A DNA stretch of 64,000 nt from Octopus sinensis (GCF_006345805.1 NC_043001.1:71672001-71736000), one strand, 5' to 3'. Numbered from the stretch's first letter, positions 1-14,659 are shown. Translations and numbers: made by a program. The notes: generated from the letters alone by a model not told the origin.

Positions 1-450
1 CTGGACAGAACTCAGCCATACACAGCGAAATCCCTCACTGCATCTAAAAGGACCACAAACCTAATTTCCAATCTAAGCCTGCTATTAGGCTAATTTGCCC
101 AACTAAATCTGATTTGGGCAAAGTTAGCAAATGTATTATCAATAGGATTAAACCTCTCGTTAAAAATAAGCTTAAACTCCCTTTATGGTGCTCTACCGGC
201 GATGTGATCACTTGGTTCGACCTGCTCGAAGATAAGCAACGTATCCATTTTGCTAAGTTTGATATTTCGAACTATTTCGTCTCCATATCCCCTTTTCTTT
301 TAAATGAATCCTTGATTTTTGCTCACAATTTTACTAATATCCCTAGATCAGATATTGATATAATCTTGGCAGCCAGAAAGACCCTTATTAACTTTAATGA
401 ACGTAATTGGATTAGATCTGATTCTACGGACTACTTTGATATAACTATGG
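1..450 (+). mobile_element. Penelope-like element reverse transcriptase fragment
   Basis: Translation gives KDHKPNF..PAIRLICPTKSDLGKVSK and FDISNYFVSIS..LL..SL.FA...DIILAARK...YFDITM (ORF 114-521). These match PLE RT motifs (KDHK, FDI..FYPSI, FDVTMG). The fragment stops at a junction near 450. Confidence 0.7.
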
Positions 451-2132
451 TATATGGAAGAAGTTTAGGGACAATAGAAATTAGGAGGGGCATCTTCCAA
501 GGGGACTGCCTGTCCCACTGATCTTTGTACTGTGCTTGATACCGCTGACATTGATTCTCAGGAAAGCATAAGCTGGGTATGTATTCAAAAGCCGCCAACA
601 AAAAGTCAAACATTTGTTATTCATGGATGACCTCAAACTTTATGGTAAAGATGAAGCCCAAGTTAGTTCCGTCATTGATACGGTGTATACCATCAGTGCT
701 GATATCAGAATGGAGTTCAGACTGAGAAAGTGTGGTGTGTTAGTCTTGAAGAGAAGCAAAATCAAATGTATGGACGGGCTAACGATACCGTCGGGGGATG
801 TTATGAAGCAGATAGAAGAGACGGGCTATAAGTACCAGGTGATTTTGGAAATGGATAAATTGATGGAGAAAGAAATGACAGAACAATTTAAGGTGGAGTA
901 CTTACGCAGACTGAGACCGAACCTTAATTCGAAATTCAACAGACGGAATCAGATCGAAGCTATCAACACCTAGGCGGTTTCACTCCTTAGATATGGAGCA
1001 GGGGGTAATCGCATGGACAGTAGACGAACTAAACAGCTCTGACAGAAAGACAAGGAAGTCATTAACTAGATATGGGTTACTCTACCCAAAAAGTGACAGA
1101 CAGACTGTAAGTACCAAGAAAAAGAGAGGGAAGAAGACTTATTGGATGCGAACACAGCATTAAAGCAGAAGAAAATAACATAGTATGGTATGTAAAAAAT
1201 GCCACAGAACCGCTATTATTAGAAGTAAAACAGTCAGGCTTGTGAAGGATGGAAGATTGCAAAGATAAAGCACTATACAAGAAATTTAAAACAAATGAAA
1301 CTGAAAATAGGTTGGTAAAGAAAAGAACGCATGGTCAATTTCATAGGAATGTTGAAGATAAGACAAACAGAGAAAACAGATGGCTGTGGATGACTAAAAG
1401 TGATTTAAAACTGCAAACGGTGGCTCTAATCTGTGCTGCCCAAGAACAAGCACTAAGAACAAACTACATAAAATATAGAATAAGCAACGCAGCAGAAAGG
1501 GATAAGTGCAAAATCTGTGGACAAAACGGTGAAACCGTAAGGCTTATCACCAGCCAATGTACGCCACTAACCAAGAAGTAATATATTTGACGCTACGACT
1601 ATATAACTAGGCTTGTCCATTGGACAGTTTGCAACAAGTATGGACTTGACAGAGCAAAAAATAAAATTGGTACGATCACAAACCTGAAGGCATCGTCGAA
1701 AATAGAAATGCAAAGATCCTATGGGATTTTATAATTCAGTGCGACCATGAGATAGAGAATAGGAAGCTAGGCATAGTCTTAATTGAGAAAGAAAACAAAC
1801 TATGCTGGATCATAGATATAGCATGTCCAGCTGACAACAAGATATGAGATACGGAAGAAAGAAAAGTCGAGAGATATGACAGGTTAGCTTGGGAAATTAA
1901 GCAGTTGTACTCGATGTAAAAGGTAGCAGTAGTACCAATAATTGTAGGAGCCCAGGGAACATTGAGTAAAAATATCGAGAAGTACGTGGAACAAATAGAG
2001 GCTGCAATAAGGGTGGAGCACTTGCAGTAAACTGCACTGCTTGGAACCGCTCGAATACTCCGGAAGGTGCTCGAAAAACAGTGAACAGCTGACACCGTAG
2101 TACATCTCCAGCGTTAGAAGCTGTGCAAAGGC
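451..2132 (+). mobile_element. R4/Dong-like non-LTR retrotransposon (RT + zinc finger + restriction-like endonuclease), 5'-truncated, degenerate
   Basis: RRGIFQGDCLS, LLFMDDLKLYGK, AAQEQALRTNYIK, CKICG..GETV, KILWDF.IQCD and VVPIIVGA.G motifs occur across frameshifted ORFs 614-973 and 1249-1581. A (TAA)n tract follows. Confidence 0.85.

Positions 2133-2200
<68 letters not shown>
2133..2200 (+). repeat. (TAA)n microsatellite
   Basis: Direct reading. Confidence 0.95.
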
Positions 2201-2202
<2 letters not shown>

Positions 2203-2276
2203 TTGAAAAATACCTTAGGAATGATAACCCAGGTTCGAAATTTCCCCCAAGACATCTGATGAAGGCTGGAGGGTAT
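2201..2276 (+). mobile_element. 5' half of a split hammerhead-bearing PLE terminal cassette
   Basis: cccaggttcgaaatttcccccaagacatCTGATGAaggctggagggtat matches the intact copies at 21127-21172 and 56821-56866. The sequence continues at 4214. Confidence 0.85.
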
Positions 2277-4200
2277 CATCATCATCATTGTTCGGCCGTG
2301 GTCGAGACAATGGAATTTACCATGTTGCGCCAGACTTCACGGTCCATCATAGCATTACGGAGGTCCTGTTGCTGGATGCCTGTATCCCTGGAGATTACAT
2401 CAAGGTAGGAGAGTGTGCGCCCTCTGGTGTTGCGAGTAGATGGCTTCCAGAGGAGAAGAGTATAAATTACTTCTTTTTCAGCTCTACAACAATGTCCAGC
2501 AAACTGGACTCTCCTACCTTTCACAAGACACAGGTGGTAATTTCCCATATATTTGCATTTTAGTTGGATGGCGCCTCCACGAGAGATTTTGAGCTCTCAT
2601 AAGGAGGCGAGTGTAGGTTCCATCCAACCGCCTCTCAAGCTTCTTTGATAACGTCCAGGTTTCTGAGCCATATAGTAGGATTGGTTCGACTGTGGCTTTG
2701 AATATTTCAAGTTTGAAGTCTCTACTTAGATTTGATGACCAGATCTTATGCATGTCATTACAGGCTGACCAGGCCATACCCTTTCTAGTTAGAAAGTCTT
2801 TTCCAGATGATGATATGTATGACCCAAGATATTTATAATCAGAAACCATATTTAAAGGTGCACTGTTGAGAGTGTGGATGATGCAATCACTGTTGGACAG
2901 GCACTTGTTTATGTATTCAGTTTTGGTCTCATTGAGGTAAAGACCTACACAATTTGAGGCTTGTTCAAGAGATTGTAAAAGAGACTGGGCATTGGAGAGA
3001 GAATCACTGATAAGAGCGATGTCGTCAGCAAAGTCAGTGTCTGTCAAGTACTCAGCTGGATGTCTGGAACTTCTTCTTGGTTTTATTTCAAAGCCCTTGC
3101 CAGAGATGGTATCAACTGACATACGTAGCACATAATCAACAACAATGATGAAAAGAAATGGGGCGAGTGTGTCTCCCTGCAGTATTCCGGCCTCGATCGA
3201 GAAAGATGATGTTTCTCCATCAGGGGTTAAGATGGTTGAAGACGTATCTGTTTAGAGGACCTTGATGGCAGAAATAATTTTGTCTGGTATCCCATAGAGC
3301 TTAAGGATTTCAAACATCTTGTACCTATCTACAGAATCGAACGCTTTAGAAAAGTCTACAAATACCATTGCAAGATCGCGATTAAATGCTTTTGATTCTT
3401 CAATAAGTCTGCGCAGGCATACTATCTGGCTCAGCGTTGAGCGCCCATGTCTGAATCCATTTTGGTTCTTTCGGAGCAAAGGTTCAACAAAAAGGACAAG
3501 ACGATTTAGGATCAGTTTGTTGTACAGTTTTGCAGCAATTGACATTAGAGATATGCCCCTGTAGTTGGTGACGAGGGACAAATCGCCTTTTTTGGGTATT
3601 GGAATGATTTGAGATTGGTGCCAAATCTTTGGAGCGACAAAGGTGGAAAGTGTGTGGTTGCAGAGGTTAAGCAAAAGTCTGTGAAATCTATCATCCTTCC
3701 AAATCACAGCCGGAATGTTGTCGGGACCAAATGCTTTCGAGGCTTTTAGTTGCTTGGTGGCTGCTGTTAGTTCAAATATGGTAAAAGGGGAGGTGTTGAT
3801 GTCCAGCGTGTCTGATATAGGCACACTTGGGAGAGTAGGGTTATCAGGGATTTTGGCATTCTTCCCAAGGAGGTTTTTAAAATGGGTTTACCAATTTTCT
3901 AAACGCTTCTTAGCTGATCCCCCTTTAATTCTAATTGATGACCCAGAATTTTTGCCTGATAGGTCTTTGATGGATTTCCAGGCGAGATGGTGTTTTTTAC
4001 TAATGTGCTCTTTCGATAGTTTACTAATTTTGCCATTGATAAATTCGACCTCGGCGTTCAAGTAAGCCTCATCAAGATTCTTCCTGGCAGCTATGAGTTG
4101 GATCTTCAGTGACTGGGATGGAGAACGGTGGTAAGCTAGTGATATAGACTTTAGATGGTTTCTGGCTTCGATGACATTTGGGGAATTAGAAGGTATATCA
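2277..4200 (-). mobile_element. RTE-clade LINE, 5'-truncated, RT region, (GAT)n tail
   Basis: ORFs 2514-3131, 3252-3824 and 3888-4253 contain NYRGISLMSIAAKLYNKLILNRL, QNGFR.GRST, VFVDFSKAFDSV, DFADDIAL and LLYGSETW. The insert is flanked by the duplication GAGGGTAT (2269-2276 / 4214-4221). Confidence 0.9.
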
Positions 4201-4213
4201 GGAGGGTATAATT

Positions 4214-4300
4214 GAGGGTATATCAGCCAAAACGTTGTCTTAACAACAAACAAGATGAGGACAAATATCCGTCAAATGTAAATAACGTGCTTAATTTGAG
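4214..4300 (+). mobile_element. 3' half of the split hammerhead cassette (GAAA mutated to AAAA)
   Basis: gagggtatatcagccaaaacgttgtcttaacaacaaacaagatgaggacaaatatccgtcaaatgtaaat matches the reverse complement of 56761-56850. Confidence 0.85.
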
Positions 4301-4313
4301 TTTATAGCTTAGT

Positions 4314-4372
<59 letters not shown>

Positions 4373-4375
4373 ATA

Positions 4376-4430
4376 GGCACAGGCGTGGCTGTGTGGTAAG
4401 AAGCTTGCTTACCAGAAGCCTACTTCCCAC
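4376..4430 (+). mobile_element. tRNA-derived SINE head fragment
   Basis: ggcacaggcgtggctgtgtggtaagaagcttgctt is the same head seen on the minus strand at about 12980-13056. Confidence 0.6.
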
Positions 4431-5071
4431 TGCGCATGTGTTGGTGTCAGTGTGCGCATGCGTTTTTGTCAGCGTTGTGCGTATCACCGAAAGAAGTAGC
4501 CAAGCTGTGTACAGCTGGAGAAAAAAGAAGTTCAACTGTAAGTTAAGACTTTTGTTTTTAGGGTCTAGTGGGGGTTTGTTGTTTGCGGTAAATATTTTTG
4601 TACAAGCAAGTAGTCCTCACTGGATTCTAAACTTTGGTCTGCCTGTAGTTGAGCAAAAATGGTTCACGTTAAGTGAATTTTTTTTCTCACTTAACTGTGA
4701 GAATTGTTGCTTAGGGACGTATCGCGCCTCCTGAAAATTTGTTCACTTTTTGTGAATTTTTTAAATAATTGTGAGAATTGCTGTTTTGGGGGAGTGTCTC
4801 ACCCCCGAAAATTGAACATCTTGTATACCAATTTTTGTGAAAGTTGTTTCCCAGTCGTGGCGTTCCGGGTTCGACCTTGGTCGGAAGATGATTTTGCTGT
4901 GTTTTTGAACTATTGACTTTCCTTCTACCCTTTTTTGACTTTCTTTTTTCGTGAATTGTTTTGATTTTCTTCCTTCCATTTTATTGCGACTTTCTGTGAT
5001 TTCTTTCTTTTTCTTCTTTCTTTTTAAGTTTAATTTTGAACTATTTTCGAACTGTTATTACAAAAAAAAAC

Positions 5072-6282
5072 ATGGCAATGAAAAAAGACAGTGTTTTCGA
5101 GCGGGTAATTATACCACCCAAACAGTAGTTAAATGACCTTGAAGAGAGGACGGTGGTGTTGAAGACTTACTCCAAGTCGCTCGACACCATCGACCTAATT
5201 GAAAAGACTAATTGAAAAGGAGTTGGCAGAGTATCTGCCGACACCCCTAAATAGGCTCGCTAATTTGTGGGCCAGCCCTTAGAGGGCAAAGAAGTTTTGT
5301 ATCTTCCCACGTATTGTGGGAAGCGGTTGACAACAGCTTGAGTCTGCGAGTTGCCACCCGGAATAAAACCCGAGCGGATAGAGGAGACTATCCGCCGGGG
5401 TCTGGGTGGCAGCGGAGCCAAGGTCCTTAATGTGAAAGTTGTTCCTGTGGCTGATTGGGTTGGGTCAAAAGCTGTTTTGACCCTGTGGACCCATTCAGCC
5501 AATCTGGTTATGCCAGATTTTTTTGAAAATGGCCGGGTGCAGGTACCCGGTGATTCTTGAGGGTCGCCCCCACCCCCCACCTCACCCAGGTGTCATCGGC
5601 TATATAAAGAAAAACTGTCCCCAGGAACAAAGTAAGGTCCTGGAACAGTTGGTTGAGACCGCTGTAGAAGAGGGAACGAAGGCGGTCGAGGAGGCGGAGA
5701 GCTCTTCAAAGAAGAGCTGCAAGAGGAAGAAGGTGAGCAACAATGGGTGCTCACCGAAGGATCCTAGGGATAAGGGAGGGGAGGCGATTCTCCCTACCAC
5801 GGAGGAGACGCACCCTCCCTCAGGTGAGAAAAAAAAAGAGGAAGAGGAAGAGAAACGGGTCATTGCCGGCAGTCGGTGATATAGTACCGGAATGTCCCGA
5901 AACCTCGTCGATGGGGGCTGTGCCACTGGCAGGGGAAGAGATACCGTCGGTGGGAATTGTGCCGCCAACAGCAGAAGTGACTACCTCGTCCCCGGACGAA
6001 GACGAATTATTGGTCTTCTGCTACAGAGGCAGAGAGGTGGAGAAGGTGTTCAAAAAGCACTATAACAGAGTACCTTTAGCCTGCACAGGGGATCCCGAAT
6101 GGCCTCCGCAGATAGCTATGGAGGTCATAACGTTGCCCGTGTTGCTTAGGCTGCAGGTACTCAACGAGGAATATCGCTTGTGGCCGGGCAAGGACGACAC
6201 GGCCCCCGCTTTGTGCTTGAATGAGGCGTGGGTGATGGCGGAGGATGGGGTCACAAGCGATGTTGGGAAGGAATATGGATAG
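5072..6282 (+). pseudogene. Degenerate L1/Tx1-type ORF1 (nucleic-acid-binding, decayed CCHC knuckle); no ORF2 follows
   Basis: Frameshifted translation gives RTVVLKTYS..., LYLPTYCGKR..., ILEGRP...GYIKKNCP. These are homologous to RIITYKTWS, CLPSYCGKR and VVEGRPPVCHKCKIRGHMKDVCP at 34775-36102. Confidence 0.65.
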
Positions 6283-6489
6283 GAGGTTGAAAAGCCTCAA
6301 TGTTATTGAAAGTTCCTAGTTTGGAAAAAAGGTTAGAGGCTTAGTGCCTCATTTTGTGAACAATGCTAGAGGTTTGTTGCCTCATGAATAATATAAGAGG
6401 TCAATGTTCTGGGGAAAGAACGATCGGTGGGCGTCGCTTTTCCCCCCATTAATCATCATTTTCATTTTTCATTTCATATAACATGTCTG

Positions 6490-6690
6490 TGTCCAACCCG
6501 CAGCTTTCTATCTCTATGTAAGGCCTTTATGGCGTGTTTACGGTCCCGTAAATTAGCGGCTCGGCAAAGAGACCGATAGAATAAACACTAGTCTAACAAA
6601 GAATAAGTCCTGGGGTCGATTTGTTCGGCAAAAGGCGGTGCTCCAGCATAGCCGCAGTCAAATGACTGAAACAAGTAAAAGAATAAAACA
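6490..6690 (+). mobile_element. Octopus-type SINE 3' part
   Basis: The tail ...ggcggtgctccagcatagccgcagtcaaatgactgaaacaagtaaaagaata recurs at about 12520, 16590, 21615 and 24850. Confidence 0.75.
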
Positions 6691-6725
<35 letters not shown>

Positions 6726-6727
6726 CG

Positions 6728-6759
<32 letters not shown>

Positions 6760-7269
6760 ACATAATGCAATTGTGTATGCATCAAGCAATATGTCAATAA
6801 GTCTTTGTTAATGATATGTCTTGAAGCAAAATCATCTATGAATAACATATAATAAAAATATACACTCTGACGGAAAACAGCGGAAATCTGACTGCAGTGC
6901 TAGAAGCTTGCATTTTCTGTAATTCAGACAGCAAATTATCAATTACATTAAAGCAACTCTCTGAATTTCATCCTTCTAAGTTAGATGCTTTAATCTTACC
7001 AACTAGTAAATTCCATTTAAAATGCAAATAGAAAAGCATGTGTGTTTTAGCGACGTATCTCGGTGTGAACATATGTGTGTGTGTGCGTATATGAGAGAGG
7101 GTGCGAGGAGTGTGTGTGTGTGTGCTCACGCGCGCTCACGTATACGAAGCAAAATGAAAGACAGAAGAAGGCGTTCTGGAGCTGTTGCAGCGCTCCTGCT
7201 CTGTAACGGTCGATACCCCATAAACCAGTGCTCTCCCTTTATCTATTGGTTTGATGATGATGTCTTCTC

Positions 7270-8250
7270 AGTATCAAAGAGAACGAAGAGTAGATAGTTC
7301 AATCCGGAGAGGTTTGAGCATTCTGAAAGCTTTTGGGAATCACAGCAGTCTACTGCATAGTGACGTATTTCGATGAACAGGTCCAGGCTGCTGAACTGAT
7401 CTGGGCGTTGATTATGATGGTTGGTGGCTTAGGTCAGTAAAGCAATCGTGGACGTTTGGTGCAGGAGATATACCATTTAAAAAGGCGCGGTTTTATGCAG
7501 CGCAAAGACTGCTCAAAGTCATAGAAGATCCAAAGCTCATTGCTAGCAGGTGTTAGAGGTAGGCAAGGCAAGCCCCTATTTTGAAGGAGGCTTTCAGCTT
7601 GAAACAGTAGTAAGTGGCAACAGCGAGTGGAGTGAAGAAACTAGTAGAGTGGTTTGGGGTAGAGTGTCGTGGAGAGCGCGGGTAAATGTTAGGTAAATAT
7701 GATGGCGGTGAAGAGTATAGGAAAGACAAGAGTGAGAGAAGAAAACAGAAAGGTCATGAGTAGTGTGTGAAAAGACAGTTGGAAAGGAAGAAGTGAGGAA
7801 GGAAAAATGAAGAGGGGTCAAGTAGGTATGAACAGAAGGGTAGGGAATTGATAGGTGAAGAGTGGTGGCTGCTGAAATCGCGGGGTTGAGGAGTGAGTGT
7901 AATGTGTGAGTCTTAATGAAGTTAATGAAGTTGGTTAAGCAGGAAAGAAGCAACTAGAAGAGAAACAGAGGAGGTATTGGAGAAGATGACGATAGGGCAC
8001 GAATCTGAGAAATGATGGAACGGAAGGTGGTATCCAAAGAAGTCGGAAGGTATGGAAGAGGATATGTTCAAAGAAAAGGATAGAATATGATGTTGGTTGA
8101 AAGAGGAATCGCGACCCATAGTGAAGCGAAGCGGAGTTGGTACAATCAATATTTCAGAAAGTCGACATGATTGGGAAAATTTGGAAAGGTTGGAAGCGGG
8201 AAAGCCAAAGGGAAAGGCGAGATAGAAAGAAAAAGGAAAAAGAGAAAAGG
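7270..8250 (-). mobile_element. Degenerate Penelope-like element, N-terminal region upstream of the RT
   Basis: The minus strand reads AESLLQNRGLPCLPLTP..NELWIFYDFEQSLRCIKPRLF and LDLFIE...SNLS. These resemble the PLE N-terminal motifs LL.KGL.F.PTP...D...F.R.LRL and SNLS..E. The upstream sequence is C/T-rich and coding-like. Confidence 0.5.
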
Positions 8251-8791
8251 AAAAGAATAGTAAGATCGCGGAAGGTCAGGGAAGGGCAAAACGTGTGTGT
8301 GTGCGTGTGCGTGTAATATGTTGTTGGATTGTTCTATGTAAATTGGTAGGGGTGGTCTCTGAAGAGCAAGACGTCTTTATTTTGTTATGGATGTGTTGGC
8401 CAGTAAAGATCATCAGTAATGTTCTGACCACGCATTCATATTGTGTCTGCAGTTTCTTAGTTAAGTGTGTTTCAGCGTTTAGGGTTTGGGGTCTGATGTT
8501 TGGAGCTTGAGGTATTGTTTATTGATGTATGCAGCAATTGTGACTTGATCTAAATGTAACGACAAGATTAACATGACCTCATTGAAGGTTGTACACGTGT
8601 CTACAAAGTAATTTGTATATTTTTACATGCGTGAATAATCTAGTAGTGTGTGCTTGTGTGCATGTGTGTGTGTATGTGTATATACATATATTTATATATG
8701 TATATATATAGATAGATAGATATATAGATAGATAGATAGATAGATACATGTGTATGTGTGTATATATATATATATTTATATACATACATAT

Positions 8792-8824
<33 letters not shown>

Positions 8825-9724
8825 TACACATACATACATACATACATACATACATACATACATACATACATACATACATACATACATTTACATATACGTA
8901 TGCATGTACGTACGCATCTTGATGCTAGGCTGTATTACTATAAAACATTAAAATAATTAAAATAAGGAGAAGCTAAAGCTGAACTTCTTTGTCCTAGAAA
9001 ATGTATCCCCACACCCAAATTTTATTATACGCTATCAAATATCGCGATTCAATTAAAACGACAAGCATAAAGGCCTTTGTATTGGAAAAATGGCGGCTCT
9101 TTTCTTAAATTTTATTTCACCTTATTTTACATTGCTATTTATTTTCTTATTCATTTTATCAATTTATTAGGTATTTTTGTTTTGGTTTCATTTTATTTTA
9201 TTTTTTCTTATTCTGGCATCTTAAAGAAAAGCAATAACATACGGAAAGCAATCTAACATATTTCTAAAGCCTTCTGTTCGTTGAATGAAAAACTCTGGAA
9301 TAGCTTCTTAAGAGTTGTTATTCAAACAAAATTTAATTGCATTTACTGGCAATAGTAATTTATGTAGATAAAACCATCTTTTATGGCCAGTAATTTCGCT
9401 GGCTTACAACACCGACATTCTAACAGCTATTTGGTGAAAGGTCATAAAAATGTAGAAAGGAAAACAAGAGGTTAATGCTGAGTTAGTCAGGGTGTCGCGT
9501 GTTGGGAGGAGAATGGCGCATTATTTTACAATGTCATTAGAAATTACAACAATACGCATGCGTACATAAAGTTCGCTAGCAAACAGAAAATGCATATATT
9601 TACATTTATGTATTTATTTGTTATGGATATAAATATATGTGTGTGTGTATGGATACTTATACATAGATACACACACACACATATGTACAGAGAGAGACAG
9701 AGAGTTACATATGCAACACATATA

Positions 9725-9939
9725 CAGAGCGGGTCAAAAATTGGGCACCAAAGCGTTTAAGGTTTTATTTATATTAGGTTAGTATTATTATCATTATTCA
9801 GTTTGTTCATCATGTACATGTATGTGCATATTCACCATTATTTTATTTATTTTATTCAATTTTAGAAAAATGAAACTATCTCTTCAACAATTCCGGAGCG
9901 TATTGAATTTATTTTGTGCGTAACTTTTGGCCCACCCAG
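9725..9939. mobile_element. Tc1/mariner-type MITE
   Basis: Imperfect TIRs TA-cagagcgggtcaaaaatt ... aacttttggcccacccag-TA with TA target duplication. Confidence 0.6.
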
Positions 9940-10095
9940 TATATATGTATATCTATGTATACATGCAACACAAGCAGACGTTAATTACTGAATTTTATGA
10001 ATACACGTGTGCATATAGTAGATAGCTACATGGCTATATATATATACACGCACATACGTACACACACACGCACATACGCGCGCGCACACAAACAC

Positions 10096-10149
<54 letters not shown>

Positions 10150-10150
10150 C

Positions 10151-11458
<1,308 letters not shown>

Positions 11459-11482
11459 GTAGGTAGGTAGATAGATAGATAG

Positions 11483-11724
11483 ATAACTTTCTTTATTGGC
11501 CACACAGGGCTGAACACAGAGGGGACAAATACAAATGAAGAGCTTTTCTTTTCGTAGATGGAAAAAGGAAAAGGAAGAAAAAGGAAACAAATGTAAAATT
11601 TCGATCAAAATGGATCGTGTATCATAGAAAGAAATATTTTTTTTAAATAGTAAGAAACAAGATTTGGTTCATTCGTGGAAAGAAAAGCCTACAGAAAAGA
11701 CCAAGGTAACCTCAGGCAGGGAAC
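11483..11724 (-). mobile_element. L1/Tx1-clade LINE, 3' UTR-only copy
   Basis: Same 3' end as 10261 and 60669. Flanked by (GATA)n at 11367-11482 and 11725-11878. Confidence 0.85.
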
Positions 11725-11778
11725 ATAGATAGATAGATAGACAGACATACACACACAGAGACAGACAGACAGACAGAC

Positions 11779-11875
<97 letters not shown>

Positions 11876-12361
11876 GATACGCATACAAGCAAACAAATGC
11901 ATGTACTTCTTCGCATACACTTACATGGATACAAATACATACATGAACACATACACATATTTACATACTTGAATTTATACTCACATACAAACATATACAT
12001 GCACGCATACATATTCACAAATTCCAGCATTGAAGATTTCTATTAGAAACCAATCCCTTTCTCTCGAGAATTAATTCAAGAAAAAAGTATGCTACATACA
12101 CTTTCAAATATTCACACGCACATTCACATGTCCATACACAAACACATATATTTAAGCATACACACGTACACATTCACACAAAAATACTAAAGTGTAATGC
12201 TTGTATTTTTGTACACATGTAGGTATGTATGCATGTGTACATACGTATATAGATCTGTTTGCTTGTCTGTATATATGTATTTATGTATGTATTTATGTAT
12301 GTATTTATGTATGTATGTATGTATGTATGTATGTATGTGTGTATGTATGTATGTATGTATG

Positions 12362-12395
<34 letters not shown>

Positions 12396-12519
12396 TGTAC
12401 ATATTGTTGTCAAGTCAGCTCCCTAGCGTGACATCAGAGCAATAAGAGAAATATGTTAACGAATTATATATATATATATTCATTTATTTATGTCTTTATA
12501 CATACATATGTGTATGTGT

Positions 12520-13056
12520 ATTCTTTTATTCTTTTACTTGCTTAAGTCATCTGACAGCGGCCATGCTGGAGCACCGCCTTGAAGGGTTTATGAGTCGAAA
12601 AAATCGATCCGAGAACTTATTTTTTATGCTTAGTACTTATTCAATCGAACTCTTTTGCCGAACCGTTAAGTTAAGGGGGTGTAAACACACCAATATCAGT
12701 TGTCAACCAGTGATGGAACAGACACAAACGCGCGCACGCATACATATATATACGACGAACTTCTTCCATTTTCCGTTTACCAGATTCACTCACAAGGCTT
12801 TAATAGGCCTGAGGCTATAGTAGGAAACATTTAACCAGGGTGTCAGGTGGTTGGGAAGCAAGTTTCTTACTCGAATAGTACTCGAATACCAAAGGTAGAG
12901 TAATATAAAACGAGCTTCTTTCAGTTTCCATCACAAGTTTTAGTTGACTTAGGGCTATAGTAGAAGACACTTGCCCAAGGTGCCACACAATGACACTGAA
13001 CCCGGACGCCTGTGGGTGGGAAGCAAGCTTCTTGCTACACACCACGCCTGCGCCTA
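12520..13056 (-). mobile_element. tRNA-derived octopus-type SINE (near full length or composite)
   Basis: Reverse head gtaggcgcaggcgtggtgtgtagcaagaagcttgcttccc..ccgggttcagtgtc and tail ttttacttgcttaagtcatctgacagcggccatgctggagcaccgcc. Confidence 0.75.
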
Positions 13057-14002
13057 CATATATATGTATGCGCGTGAGTGGTGTGTGTGTGTGTGTGTGT
13101 GTGTGTATCCATGATAATGCCTACGTTTGGAATTTTAAATAAAACGATAATTGATTTACGTAACAAACCTTTCGTAAAATTTTCAAATGCCGAATAGTGT
13201 CGCTAAATTTTATAAAAGAAGCTTCTTGAAAAGAAAACTAAATTTAAGCCGGAAACTCTAAAATACAGGAACTGTACCATGTGATTAGCGAAAATACAGA
13301 AGGAAAAAAAAAGCGAAAAGGGAAGAAGATATTTAACTAGAGTGGTTCGGAGTGGGTATGGAGTGTAACATGTCAGTGAACAGAATATTGATCAGCATCA
13401 AAGAAACAATACCAGAGAAACAGGTCTTTAGAAGTGGTAAATGGGAAATAAGCCAATGAAAGATCTACTTCGTTATCAAGAAAGAAAGAGTTTGATATTT
13501 AAAGGCATGCCAAAATTGCGAACGTTTCAGAAAAACAGAAGCCAACAGAAATTGTACTTCGATGATAGTAATGGTCAAATATATCATTGATGTGTGTGTG
13601 TGTGTGGTGTGTGTGTGTGTGTGCGTGTGTGTGTGTGTGTGCGTGTGTGTGTGTGTGTGCGTGTGTGTGTGTGTGCGTGTGTGTGTGTGTGTGTGTGCGT
13701 GTGTGTGTGTGTGTGCGTGTGTGTGTGTGTGTGTGTGTGCGTGTGCGTGTGTGTGTGTGTGTATACAAATGCATATGTGCGTGCATGCACGTATGCATTA
13801 TATACACTGTAAGCATATACTCACATACACATACATTTATATATATATATAATATATACACATACATATATGTATGCATATATATATACATATATATGCA
13901 TAACTAGATAGATAGATAGATAGATAGATAGAGTGATTGGGATATATATATACATATATATATTTATACATATATATGTACATATATATACATATATATA
14001 TA

Positions 14003-14075
<73 letters not shown>

Positions 14076-14659
14076 CATGTATATGTATATGTACATAGAT
14101 ACATAAATATATATATGTGTGTATATGTGTGTGCATGTATGCATGTATAAATGTATATTTACAAAACTATGTACTTAGGTATATCTCTGGGCGAAGGTAG
14201 ATGTCATAGTTAATCAATAAGTACACAACAGAAAAACTATTAGTGCTTTTAGTTGTTGTTTTTTTTAATTCGATAAAATTAAGGCTCACAAAGTAGATAG
14301 CTCGTTTCGCCGATGGCTGTTCAGAAAATAAAAATACTTAGATGATCAACAATATACAAAGATAGGGGAAAACGCGATCAAAGAAACAAAACCAAACTCA
14401 GGATACGAGCGTTAAAGAAATATATATACTGAGTAAGATAACTGCTTACATGTAAAGGCAATTGTGAAGGAGGAAGAGCATTTCAAACTAAATCGAAATC
14501 AACTTTATATAAAGTGAATGAGATGAATGAAAGTAAACAGGCGAAAATTCAAGTAGAATTCTAATACTGTAATTGTTAAATAAGTAGGTGTTGAAGGTAA
14601 ACCAGTCGCGTAAAAATACACATAGATACATATACTTTTACATACATACCCGGCATATA

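Noticed and set aside
8368-8420. ctgaagag...gacgtc and tcatcag near the PLE 5' side
   Set aside because: No GAAA with a paired stem II on either strand.
8579-8956. Many ORFs of the MYVCMYVC / YIYIYI / LSIYLSIY / HTHTHT type here and across the window
   Set aside because: They are translations of (TATG)n, (TA)n, (GATA)n and (CA)n microsatellites, not genes.
14300-14325. Minus-strand CTGAACA-GCC-atc-GGC-GAAAC
   Set aside because: G8 is lost without compensation and there is no NUH triplet.
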